Positions 39,545 through 51,313 are shown, counted from the stretch's first letter. The stretch: DNA of 64,000 nt from Entomortierella parvispora E1425 (GCA_020891255.1 BQFW01000001.1:1240001-1304000); one strand, 5' to 3'. A program made the numbers and translations. The notes: generated by a model from the letters alone, not told the origin.

Positions 39545-40432
39545 GATTCTATCTGCCACGATCTACCACCATCATTTTCACTACAGCAGCCTTGAGTCCT
39601 TGACCTTCGACGTCAGCTGCATCTGTGCCCTTACCAACCCGCATGACCGCTCCACATTCCCCTCAGCACCAGGTAGAGTCCTGCAAGAGAAAAAACCCAC
39701 AGGAATCCTCAGGAATCTGAGGATCCCAGCGAAGATCTGCCCTAGACCGCAGCTCAACATTACACCCATCCAGATCACAGCCATCATCCTTATTTCGATC
39801 TGGAGTCTTCATTAGGCCTTTATTTTCGACGAAGTCTGGATCTCTACTATCACTGGCCTCTCAATTGCTAGACACGATCGCAAAGAACGCGCGCTACAGT
39901 ACCACCAAGTCTTCTGGGCAGATATCCATACAATCATATGCACCACTCTGTTGCTTTAAGTGCCTCGATTTTCATCAACGGCTCTTCCCAAGAAAAAGGC
40001 CCCTATTTCGTATAACATGAATTCAGAGTGTGCCCTGGGGTTCTACCTCGCGCTAATCCCAAAATGTCCTGAGTCTCTTTAGCCCCCATGCGCGTCTGCC
40101 CCAGATCTTTTTAGCTCCAATCCTCCTCACGCTTTGACCTTTATGGCATCTCACATTTTCCTAATGAGCCATTGTCATGCACAGTACATCATTGCTGCTT
40201 AGTCTGTCCACCATCAACCATACTTTCGACCTTGGTTATACCCCACCCCGGTTGGCAACCGCCAACGCTACTGCCATTGCCCGGTGCGATTCCCCAATTC
40301 CTGTATCCGACTTTTGAGAAACACATTCCTGGCGTAAATGGGAACTGTCATGTTTATCTCTCTGTGGCCAAATAACAAACACGCATAGATGACAACAGAT
40401 GGCAACAGCACGTTTTTACAATCCTCTTCACC

Positions 40433-40441
40433 TATATAAAG
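40433..40441 (+). promoter_or_regulatory. TATA box of the secreted repeat protein gene
   Basis: TATATAAAG about 160 nt upstream of the ATG at 40593. Confidence 0.6.
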
Positions 40442-40592
40442 ACGTCGATCCCAACTAGGGCTCATCACTAACACACACCTGATCCTACCTCAAGACCCAG
40501 ACCAGCAACAGCACTTTCACTATCCTGATCCGAATAGAGACCCTCGAACAACCCAATCCTTCTCAACTTTACCCCAACTTGATCTCACAGAT

Positions 40593-41093
40593 ATGAAGCT
40601 ATCATTGTTCGCCTCGGTCGCTCTTCTCTTCGTTGTTGTTGTTGCCTCGGCACCAGTTGAACAGCAGGAGCTTAAGGTCGACGAAGTTACGACCCAGATT
40701 CAGCCCGATTTCAGCAAGGAGCTTAAGGTCGACGAAGGTACGACCCAGATTCAGCCCGATTTCAGCACGGAGCTTAAGGTCGACGAAGGCACGACCCAGA
40801 CTCAGCCCGATTCCAGCAAGGAGCTTAAGGTCGACGAGGGTACGACCCAGACTCGGCCCGATTTCAGCAAAGAAGACGGTGTGATTCCAATCCTTGGACC
40901 CGCCACGCCTCTTGCTTGTAAGATTGTGACAACTGTCCTGAATGGTCTCTGTGCGCTTGCCAACTATAATGGTTGCGAGGCGACGATCAACTACGCCCAA
41001 TGTATCTGTGGCGCGCAAAACGATAGGGCCAAGATTCTGGCATGCGCTAATAACAACTTACTTGGCTTGATTGGCGGCCACTGTTTCCCTTAA
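40593..41093 (+). CDS. Small secreted protein: signal peptide, 4 x 17-aa acidic repeats, 7-Cys C-terminal domain
   Basis: MKLSLFASVALLFVVVVASA; ELKVDE(G/V)TTQ(I/T)(Q/R)PD(F/S)S(K/T) x4 (51-nt units, 40668-40871); single exon; upstream TATA and downstream AATAAA. Confidence 0.88.
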   Translation: MKLSLFASVALLFVVVVASAPVEQQELKVDEVTTQIQPDFSKELKVDEGTTQIQPDFSTELKVDEGTTQTQPDSSKELKVDEGTTQTRPDFSKEDGVIPILGPATPLACKIVTTVLNGLCALANYNGCEATINYAQCICGAQNDRAKILACANNNLLGLIGGHCFP

Positions 41094-42148
41094 AAACAGA
41101 AGAGCTCCTTTGCCATTCCTTAAAATTCCCTCAAAGATACCCTATTCACAGTCTGCCTCCTTTAGATAGTTCAGTTCTTCACCTAGCAGTTTGAATAAAT
41201 TCCCTGAACCATCTTGATCCATCTTCCCCTGCCCTGCTCCGCCCTCGGAAAGATCATTCTGTCCCGTCTTGCCTTGTCATGCAGTTACTTCACTTGACCG
41301 TGCGCCAAACATGATGTCTGACGTGCTTTGGTTCCAAAAAAAATAAATCAGCGGAGGCCCTGAATGTTTGCAACGAAGCTGGGATCTGCATGCTTTTTCA
41401 GGATTGGGATTCGTTACCTCGTAGTCTGCCAGCTCTGTTACCTCTTTTACCAGCGGCGAAGAAGCAACAACGGCTCGGGCACAGACTCAGGAACTGGAGA
41501 GGCGGCAGGCAGAGGCGAGAAAGAAGCCAGCGTACTGGCCTTGCATCGGGACACCTTTTTCTTGAGGCAGACAAAGGTGAAGAAGAACACCAAGAAGATG
41601 GCTAACCAAAGACTTGAACGGCATCTCGTTTTCAAAAGTGCCTGGAGGTCTTTTAAATGCATGAACGGCCTGTCGAGAACTTTTAATAACTACTCTAGCA
41701 AAGAAGTTGTAATACCATCCCCTCACTCTCATCTGTCTTTTCTCCTCCTTCAGTCTTTCTCAGCCTCCACCATCTTCCTTAACACGCCGCCGCTTCTTCT
41801 CATTCTTCACAGCACTCTGGTCAGCTACAGCTCTTCTCTGAGATTTCTCGAGGACGGCATGTTTTTTTCAAAATCGATCGCGATGCCTCCGCTTTCGAAG
41901 GTCAGTGCCTTCCATTTTTTTCCTTTTTTCACCGCGCGACAAGATCTCAAGTGAGTGATGCGTCGCGGTGCAAGATCGATATTACTGTGAGTGTCGCTGT
42001 TTTATTTTCCGATAAGAGTCAGATAAATAGCATTATCGTCCTCGAGCGATTGTTGTGCTCAGTGATCGATCTCAACTGTCGACATCAGTGTTTACTTGCT
42101 TCCCTTCTTTCTTCGACATCAAACCATAGCAGCTCCACCTTCACCACC

Positions 42149-43559
42149 CTAAAGCCTGTTAGGTAAGTCAATAATAGCTATCATTAGCGATGGAAGCAGC
42201 CTGGATGTACATACGTATTCAGCCACGTTGAATCCAGATGCGGCCAAAGATTGCGGCGAGACAACCGTAATATAGCATTTTGTAATAGAGTGGTTGCCGA
42301 GATTGGCCTTCACAGACGACCAGAATCCTTTGAGCACGCTGTCTACTTCCGCCCTTTGTGGTTTCCACTTGACACTGTCGACGGGCACAAGGTAGTCATT
42401 GCTATAGCTGTCATATTCGTCAGCCATGAGGTAGATCTACGAGTGATATGAAGTAAATCAGCGCTTTTCGTAAGCTTGTGACCACAAAAGAGCCGCGGAA
42501 TACCCATTTGTACGTACACCCTTGATCATTGAAAGTGGGCCTTTGGGATCTTTGACGGTAGAGAGTACACCACGAACCAAATCCGCGCATTGTATGATAC
42601 TTTCTGTAGCATTATTCTTGAAGATGAGGTTCTCAATAAGATAATCCGCTGACATTCGGAGATATGCTTCATAGGTCCTGTAGAACCGCTTGATAGATTC
42701 ATTCAACCTCTGATTCAGGTTCTTCCTTGCCTTCCGTGGGTCGGGAGATCGAATGACTTCAGAGAAATCAAGTCGCAAGACAAAGTAGCGCCCAGGTTTA
42801 TACCGCCCTTATTCACGTGGTCATCGATAGCGAGGCCCTACAACAACCAACACGAGGAGACTAGTCAGTATGTGAGATCCCAGTTCTAGCAATAAAAAAG
42901 GATCACACCGAATACCAATTACCTCAAAGAGGATTTATAATCCGGGAGGTGCTCACGACCATGAAAGTATGCGAATGTGCTCAATCCAAGAGTCTTTCCT
43001 GACCTTCGAGGACGAAGAAAGACAAGAGGAGGATGGCGGAAGGATTCAAGAGCCATGATGAAATCAGTATTGTCAAAAAAGCGAAAGTCCGCGCGTTGAC
43101 GTAGTGTTTTGAAGTCGTTGACATCATAGACAGGAAAGTTTTTGAACGCATCCTGTTTCCAGACAACGTTTCCGGAGCGACGATCGTATTGAACAACATT
43201 CAGTGGACTGCGCTCGTAGCCTAAAGAGCTGTGGTCAGATGAAAACGAATGGCAAAAGACACTATTGAATCACCCATGATACTTACTTCGAGGTCGGATA
43301 AACTGCACAGAGTTTGTATCCGCAAACATTCCACTCTTATAGTTCATTGAGGTAATCTCGTCTTTCAATCCAACAGTGACATTGGCTCCGTGTCGAGACC
43401 CTTTCCTCCCGGGGCCTTGTATACAGAAATAGCCTTCGGGAGGGTACGAAGTGATTTTTTTCTGATCTTGCTCTTGATACCAGCAAACGAGTCTTTGTCT
43501 TTAATGTCCACCTCAAAATCCTCCCTGTCGCCGTCGATAGCACACAAGACTTTGAGCAT
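42149..43559 (-). pseudogene. Frameshifted CRN-like header plus AAA-ATPase-like gene (PF09820-like by motif), 3' part missing
   Basis: MLKVLCAIDGD header; intron 43286-43221; then NDFKTLR..FFDNTDFIMALE..FLRPRRSGKTL (P-loop), KPGRYFVLRLDFS, ADEYDSYSN, FWSSVK..CYITVVSP..SGFNVA. At least three frameshifts are needed to join these motifs. Confidence 0.85.
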
Positions 43560-43809
43560 GCGCGACTGGCGCGGCCAAGGAATCAGTAATGAATTACGAA
43601 ATTGAATTGATTGAGGTGGATGAGAAATGCTTGCCTGAGGGAATGGGAGACGGTTGAGGTAAGACCCCGAGAGGGTGCGGCTCGTTGTGCACAAAGTAAT
43701 TGGGCAGACAAATCACCAACGGGAGGGCAGTTTGCGAAGGACGGGAAGACCGCGTCCGCAGTGCACTTGGCCCAGTCTCGCAAGCCACCATTTCCGCGTA
43801 TGTTTCGTG

Positions 43810-44035
43810 GAAGCTCTGAACCCATCCTCCTCCCCAGCTGGCAGTCACACACTGCTGCTGTTGAGGGGCTGGGACAAAATCTCCCCTCTCACTATGGAGG
43901 CTCCCTTCCCGAACTCTGTGCTAGAGGCGTGCAAAAAACTTTCCTTTTTGGGCGATTGAGATTTTTTGCATGGCTCTAGCACAGAGAGTTTTCGGGAAGG
44001 GAGCCTCCATAGTGAGAGGATGGGTTCAGAGCTTC
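43810..44035. mobile_element. 226-bp fold-back MITE (Mutator-like), 9-bp TSD
   Basis: TSD tgtttcgtg at 43801-43809 and 44036-44044. Arms gaagctctgaacccatcctc..tcactatggaggctcccttcccgaa..tgtgctagag..tgcaaaaaa are inverted around a spacer of about 23 bp; the left arm carries an extra 59 bp (43830-43888). Confidence 0.9.
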
Positions 44036-44100
44036 TGTTTCGTGACCGCCGAGTCATCTGTGCACTCCTTGCTCTTTCTCCCCTCTCACCACGCACCATC

Positions 44101-46979
44101 ATGACGGATTATATTTCCACCCTGGTATGCCTTGTGGAGGGAGATGACAGTGAGAAGATCTTTGGACTGAATTCACTCTCACACCCGACGCCGTTTCCCG
44201 AACCGCAAAATATCCTTCAGCTCAAAGGCACCATTTATGCTTTACGGCCGGAGAGGTTTGAGGGCATAAGGCCAGAGGACCTTATTATCTGGAAAGCCTT
44301 CATTCCCTACAAATCGGTCAACAGGAATGAGCCAATCAAGCTAAGCAAAGATGATGTAACAAAGCTTCACTCGATGGACGAACTGTCCAAAGTTCTCCCA
44401 CTGCGGCTACCCAAGAATACAATTCACATCATTGTCCAGCGACCACCGTCAGGTAATTTGCATTTTTGCTCTCTTGCATCAGAAGTCTGTTTCATTGTTC
44501 TAATTGCGGATCCACCGGCATTTATTCTCCTGTTACAGACAGTCATCTTAATCCTCAAGAACGATCCCGTCTGCTTCCCAGTGAGTCCTTCACAACTGAA
44601 TTTAGCCTTCTTAAGATCGTGCATGATCTCATTTCTAATTCCTCTTCTTTTTTTTTTTTGTTAGATTTGGTCGAGGAAGATCTACTTGGGGTCGAAGAAC
44701 GCGAATATCTAGACAAGTTTTGCAAAACTGATGCAGAACCCATCCAAGAATTCTTTCGAGGAAATGCAATCTCTGTTGGTCCCACTGGTGAGCGTCCAAG
44801 CTTTCTTCTCGACAACATCTCATCAACACTTGACCCGAAGGCTTCGTCTCAAGCGCTATGGAGGCGCTTCTTGGAAACAAGGAAGGAACGAGATCGAGCA
44901 CTGGCCATCATTGGAACCTCCGGATGTGGCAAAACACGTACGTGCTTGGAGGTGCTAGGCGCACACTATGGTATATTTTTCACCGCCGTCCAACCTAAGT
45001 CCATGATCGGATCGTCTGACCTTTCGGATGCGGATAAGGAGATCTCGAAACTGCTCAAAGCGGGGGACTATGTGAACAACTGGCGATATGCAGAGATGAT
45101 CGCAGGACGACTCTTGTTCATTCGGTTGGCTGTATTGCGCTATCTGCTTCGGACGGACTCTAACCTCACGCCGAAACGATGGCTGATGTTCCAACTCATG
45201 CAACACCGGTTCTGCAAGGATCTCGGATATCCAACTACCAGCGCACCCAAAGATCTATTTCAGTGCCTAATGCGTAGCTCTGTCAGTCGAGAAGTTACCC
45301 CCGAATCTTTTGACAAGGTTTTGAAGGACATCTATGACTTGATTGCAACGAGGCTTGATGAGGGTCAACCTATAGCCGATGCCATTGGGGTGTTTCCGAT
45401 ATTTCTGGACGAGGCGCAGACATTGCAAGTATCGAGTCCACGTAACTTCCGCTGTCAAGACGACAGGAGAATTCCCCGCTCAGTCTTGTCGCCAATTCTC
45501 GCTGGAATGACCTTGATGAACCAGAAGACGATTTACCGGTCGCTTCTTTGTGTGGGTGTCTCTGGAACTGGACTTGGACTTGTCAATCTTGAATCAGTTG
45601 CTGGATCAGGACTCGCTAAGATGGATGGAAGACCCTGGAGGCCCTTTACGAACTTTGGCTGTTGGAACGGCGAGGATCATATCCGAAAGTTCGTAAAAGA
45701 CAGAGTCGATATGGCGATGGACGATCCAAAGCGACTGCTCGAAAAGTTCAGGGGACGATATCGACCTCTTCTGACCTGTTTGGAGTATTTCTTGATGCAT
45801 CCGGAAAGCACAATGGAGGAGGCCATTGACCAAACCTTCAAACTGTTGACCACTGCTCAGAAAGCTGACGTCCTTCAGGACAGGTCATTTTATCATTTGT
45901 TTGAGAAAGTTGAGAAAATGCAGGAACACCGAAGGATGTATCTCGGAATTGTGATGAATTTCTTTCTCCGGGGCGAATGCTTTCACTTCTCCAACACAGC
46001 CGAGAAATTGTTGGTAGAGACAGGATTTGGCCGCCTAATTTCTGATCCAGACAAGGTGATGGCTTCGACTGTGGATGAGCCTTTTGTGATGGAGGCTGGA
46101 TGGAACTACTACTCCTCGACAAACGCTATTCCGAGTGGACTTCTCCAGCAGATGGTAGTCGCGGATCATGCATGTTCTCAAGGCCTTTTGTTCGAGTATT
46201 TGGTACCAGACATGATGCTCCGACTCTTTGAAGGAAGCGGTGACCTCAATCGGCATGAGGCATTCCGAAGCGTTACACAAACTCCTGGATCTATGGCGTT
46301 GAATGTGAAGGCAAAGGTTCGAATTGGCCCGTTCCGAGTCAGTATTTACAGGGGTTCAGGCAATACCTCAGTCAGTTCATCGGACAGGACATCCGACAGC
46401 ACTTCAGATGTGTCTTCGAATGTCATACTTCCTACTCATCAGACGCTGCTACAATATCTGAGCAACCCGAGCCGCGCAACATTTTACTTCCCATCAAAAA
46501 ATTGTGGGCCAGACTTGATCTTTTTCGTCGAGGTCAAGTTGCATGGTGGCAAGGTGTCAGTTCCGGTTGTCGTTCATGTCAATCTTCAGTCCAATCCCGA
46601 TTGGGAATCTGCGGTGGCGACCACCAACCTGGATAAACTATTCACCACGAAGGATGGAGAGTGGAATGGGTCCGTGGATGACAAAGACATTGAGGCTGTC
46701 AGCCTTTTGAAAAGTATGCGCCCTCATGGATTTTACTTCCGAGTCATTGTCGCATTTCCGGCGAAGCCCAGGGAAGAAACCATTCCGTGCCATGTGCGAA
46801 AAGAGACAAATGGCTTTGGCGGATCTATGGCGATCATTTCACCTGAGAATATCCACCAGTACACGGACGAAAGTGTCGTGCGGGCTCTGAAGGCAATGAA
46901 GGGAGTGATGGACGACAAATGTTCTCACACCGTGAAGAAGGCAAAGACTTCCCACTCGCGCAATACACGGCGTGCGTGA
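44101..46979 (+). CDS. Crinkler-family header-NTPase-PD(D/E)XK nuclease protein, copy 1 (nuclease QxK motif reads HxN); 902 aa
   Basis: Exons 44101-44452, 44539-44580, 44665-46979. Header MTDYISTLVCLVEG..LIIWK..HIIVQRPP; Walker A GTSGCGKT; Walker B IFLDEAQ; C-terminal GLLFEYL..CGPDLIFFV..PVVVHVNL. Confidence 0.88.
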
Positions 46980-47607
46980 GGCAGCCGACTTGTCCGTCTG
47001 TTTAGTTTTTCTGCTGGTTGCTCTGAACTATGTGGTGCCAGTCAACCCTTTCGCTATCTTTTGCTTCACAGAAATGACTCGGTCCGCTCTAATAAAAAAA
47101 ATAAAAATCCGCGCTGCTTTGGCATTCATTTTGTCCTTGAATGAAGCTTGTGAAATACGTATGAACCCACAACCGAAGTTCGGCAGCTTTCTGTCCGTGT
47201 GAAAGAGGGGCAAAAACGGGTGATCATATCCGTTCACCCTTTTCTTTAGTCATTTTTGAAGTCGAGGTCAAAAAAAGTAAAGAAAATCAACTGAAGCGTG
47301 CGCAAATGGCCAAGACGACAAGGGCGACCAAGCGTTGAACCCGCGAGCAGTCGCCTCTTATTTTCTTGAAATTGATTGATCACCTTTCACAGTGTTCATA
47401 TCTTGTAGCGTATGGGTTTCTTTTCCTTGTGAGGGATGATAGCGAGAGGAGCGATAAATGGCATCAGGACATGGAAGATATTCAGCAGGTGCATATACTC
47501 GCTATTTCCATAAAGCCATAAAGAAAGGCTCCCCACAGCTATTCACTCTCTTGATTTCGTCTCGCATTTCCCTCTCGCCACGCATTTCCCTCTTACCACG
47601 CACCATC

Positions 47608-50486
47608 ATGACGGATTATATTTCCACCATGGTATGCCTTGTGGAGGGAGATGACAGTGAGAAGATCTTTGGACTGAATTCACTCTCACACCCGACGCCG
47701 TTTCCCGAACCGCAAAATATCCTTCAGCTCAAAGGCACCATTTATGCTTTACGGCCGGAGAGGTTTGAGGGCATAAGGCCAGAGGACCTTATTATCTGGA
47801 AAGCCTTCATTCCCTACAAATCGGTCAACAGGAATGAGCCAATCAAGCTAAGCAAAGATGATGTAACAAAGCTTCACTCGATGGACGAACTGTCCAAAGT
47901 TCTCCCACTGCGGCTACCCAAGAATACAATTCACATCATTGTCCAGCGACCACCGTCAGGTAATTTGCATTTTTGCTCTCTTGCATCAGAAGTCTGTTTC
48001 ATTGTTCTAATTGCGGATCCACCGGCATTTATTCTCCTGTTACAGACAGTCATCTTAATCCTCAAGAACGATCCCGTCTGCTTCCCAGTGAGTCCTTCAC
48101 AACTGAATTTAGCCTTCTTAAGATCGTGCATGATCTCATTTCTAATTCCTCTTCTTTTTTTTTTTTGTTAGATTTGGTCGAGGAAGATCTACTTGGGGTC
48201 GAAGAACGCGAATATCTAGACAAGTTTTGCAAAACTGATGCAGAACCCATCCAAGAATTCTTTCGAGGAAATGCAATCTCTGTTGGTCCCACTGGTGAGC
48301 GTCCAAGCTTTCTTCTCGACAACATCTCATCAACACTTGACCCGAAGGCTTCGTCTCAAGCGCTATGGAGGCGCTTCTTGGAAACAAGGAAGGAACGAAA
48401 TCGAGTACTGGCCATCATTGGAACCTCCGGATGTGGCAAAACACGTACGTGCTTGGAGGTGCTAGGCGCACACTATGGTATATTTTTCACCGCCGTCCAA
48501 CCTAAGTCCATGATCGGATCGTCTGACCTTTCGGATGCGGATAAGGAGATCTCGAAACTGCTCAAAGCGGGGGACTATGTGAACAACTGGCGATATGCAG
48601 AGATGATCGCAGGACGACTCTTGTTCATTCGGTTGGCTGTATTGCGCTATCTGCTTCGGACGGACTCTAACCTCACGCCGAAACGATGGCTGATGTTCCA
48701 ACTCATGCAACACCGGTTCTGCAAGGATCTCGGATATCCAACTACCAGCTTCCCTGAGGACCTATTTCAGTGCCTAATGCGTAGCTCTGTCAGTCGAGAA
48801 GTTACCCCCGAATCTTTTGACAAGGTTTTGAAGGACATCTATGACCTGATTGCAACGAGGCTCGATGAGGGTCAACCTATAGCCGATGCCATTGGGGTGT
48901 TTCCGATATTTCTGGACGAGGCGCAGATATTGCAGGTGGCGAGTCCAGACAGCTTTCGCTCTCGAAGCAACAAGACAATTCCCCGCTCAGTCTTGTCGCC
49001 AATTCTCGCCGGAATGACCTTGATGAAACAGAAGACGATTTACCGGTCGCTTCTTTGTGTGGGTGTCTCTGGAACTGGACTTGGACTTGTCAATCTTGAA
49101 TCAGTTGCTGGATCAGGACTCGCTAAGATGGATGGAAGACCCTGGAGGCCCTTTACGAACTTTGGCTGTTGGAACGGCGAGGATCATATCCGAAAGTTCG
49201 TAAAAGACAGAGTCGATATGGCGATGGACGATCCAAAGCGACTGCTCGAAAAGTTCAGGGGACGATATCGACCTCTTCTGACCTGTTTGGAGTATTTCTT
49301 GATGCATCCGGAAAGCACAATGGAGGAGGCCATTGACCAAACCTTCAAACTGTTGACCACTGCTCAGAAAGCTGACGTCCTTCAGGACAGGTCATTTTAT
49401 CATTTGTTTGAGAAAGTTGAGAAAATGCAGGAACACCGAAGGATGTATCTCGGAATTGTGATGAATTTCTTTCTCCGGGGCGAATGCTTTCACTTCTCCA
49501 ACACAGCCGAGAAATTGTTGGTAGAGACAGGATTTGGCCGCCTAATTTCTGATCCAGACAAGGTGATGGCTTCGACTGTGGATGAGCCTTTTGTGATGGA
49601 GGCTGGATGGAACTACTACTCCTCGACAAACGCTATTCCGAGTGGACTTCTCCAGCAGATGGTAGTCGCGGATCATGCATGTTCTCAAGGCCTTTTGTTC
49701 GAGTATTTGGTACCAGACATGATGCTCCGACTCTTTGAAGGAAGCGGTGACCTCAATCGGCATGAGGCATTCCGAAGCGTTACACAAACTCCTGGATCTA
49801 TGGCGTTGAATGTGAAGGCAAAGGTTCGAATTGGCCCGTTCCGAGTCAGTATTTACAGGGGTTCAGGCAATACCTCAGTCAGTTCATCGGACAGGACATC
49901 CGACAGCACTTCAGATGTGTCTTCGAATGTCATACTTCCTACTCATCAGACGCTGCTACAATATCTGAGCAACCCGAGCCGCGCAACATTTTACTTCCCA
50001 TCAAAAAATTGTGGGCCAGACTTGATCTTTTTCGTCGAGGTCAAGTTGCATGGTGGCAAGGTGTCAGTTCCGGTCCTCGTTCAAGTGAAATATCAGCGCA
50101 ACCCCGATTGGGGACATACGGTGGCGACCACCAACCTGGATAAACTATTCACCACGAAGGATGGAGAGTGGAATGGGTCCGTGGATGACAAAGACATTGA
50201 GGCTGTCAGCCTTTTGAAAAGTATGCGCCCTCATGGATTTTACTTCCGAGTCATTGTCGCATTTCCGGCGAAGCCCAGGGAAGAAACCATTCCGTGCCAT
50301 GTGCGAAAAGAGACAAATGGCTTTGGCGGATCTATGGCGATCATTTCACATGGGAATATCCACCAGTACACGGACGAAAGTGTCGTGCGGGCTCTGAAGG
50401 CAATGAAGGGAGTGATGGACGACAAATGTTCTCACACCGTGAAGAAGGCAAAGACTTCCCACTCGCGCAATACACGGCGTGCGTGA
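47608..50486 (+). CDS. Crinkler-family header-NTPase-PD(D/E)XK nuclease protein, copy 2 (intact PD..QxK); 902 aa
   Basis: Exons 47608-47959, 48046-48087, 48172-50486; same motifs as copy 1 but CGPDLIFFV..PVLVQVKY. Confidence 0.88.
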
Positions 50487-51313
50487 GGCAGCCGACTTGT
50501 CCGTCTGTTTAGTTTTTCTGCTGGTTGCTCTGAACTATGTGGTGCCAGTCAACCCTTTCGCTATCTTCTGCTTCACAGAAATGACTCGGTCCGCTCTAAT
50601 AAAAAAAATAAAAATCCACGCTGCTTTGGCATTCATTTGTCCAAGAATGCGACTTGTGAGGCGGGTTACGAGGGCTTTTTTGGAACCAATCTCTCATTGT
50701 TGCACTTGAGGATAAAGGTATCAGAGACAGACGATCTGATTTGAATGCTTTTACATCAGTACTGTTCACTGTGCATGCCACTCCCACTCCCCCTCCTAAT
50801 TTGTCTCTGTAAAAACCGTCTGTTCCATTATCGCTGCAGCCATGTCATGGCTTTACAAGTACAAGATGGGAGGTTAGGTCTTCATACAGAATGAGGCGAA
50901 CTGAACGTGAGCTCACTGGCAACTGCAGCGAGGAAACCATATCATCAGCCTTCAGGGATGTCCAGTGAGAAGCCGGATTGAACTCATGATCTTCGCACAT
51001 TCCTACCATGGCTGTGCTTCTTTCAAATAAATGACCGCTGTGATCGACTGCATCCACTTTATCGTGTGCCGAACATAATACCTGACGTACTTTGGTTCCT
51101 AAAAAAAAAGAAGGCAAGGCACCATCAGTGTTATCGATCATTGCTGGGGTCCGGCTGGCCCGTGTATCTCCTAGATAATCCTTCCACAACAAACCCAACA
51201 ATACATGTATGCTTGGCACCATTGTCGTGTGTTTTCGAAGGACTAGTTCAAATGGTCTTTTCCCTTTTTTTTTAATCATTACAATGCTATTATAGAATAT
51301 TCTGTGGTAACTT

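Larger units (their letters stand above)
44085..50655 (+). repeat. Direct duplication of a ~3.07-kb gene-sized unit (about 44085-47150 and 47592-50655; offset 3507 bp) with a ~440-bp unique spacer
   Basis: Near identity including introns, from about 15 nt before the ATG to about 170 nt after the stop; flanks diverge. Confidence 0.95.

Noticed and set aside
40668-40871. 51-bp tandem repeats as a CRISPR-like array
   Set aside because: In-frame coding repeats with no unique spacers, in a eukaryotic gene.
44466-44664. ORF-track starts at 44466 and 47973 (837 aa) and the 232/237-aa header ORFs as separate genes
   Set aside because: They are intron read-through; the GT-AG sites join header, microexon and main exon into single 902-aa genes.
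47280-47360. GGGTTCAAC T-loop-like string in the spacer between the CRN copies (possible tRNA/SINE)
   Set aside because: The flanks do not form a T-stem or cloverleaf.
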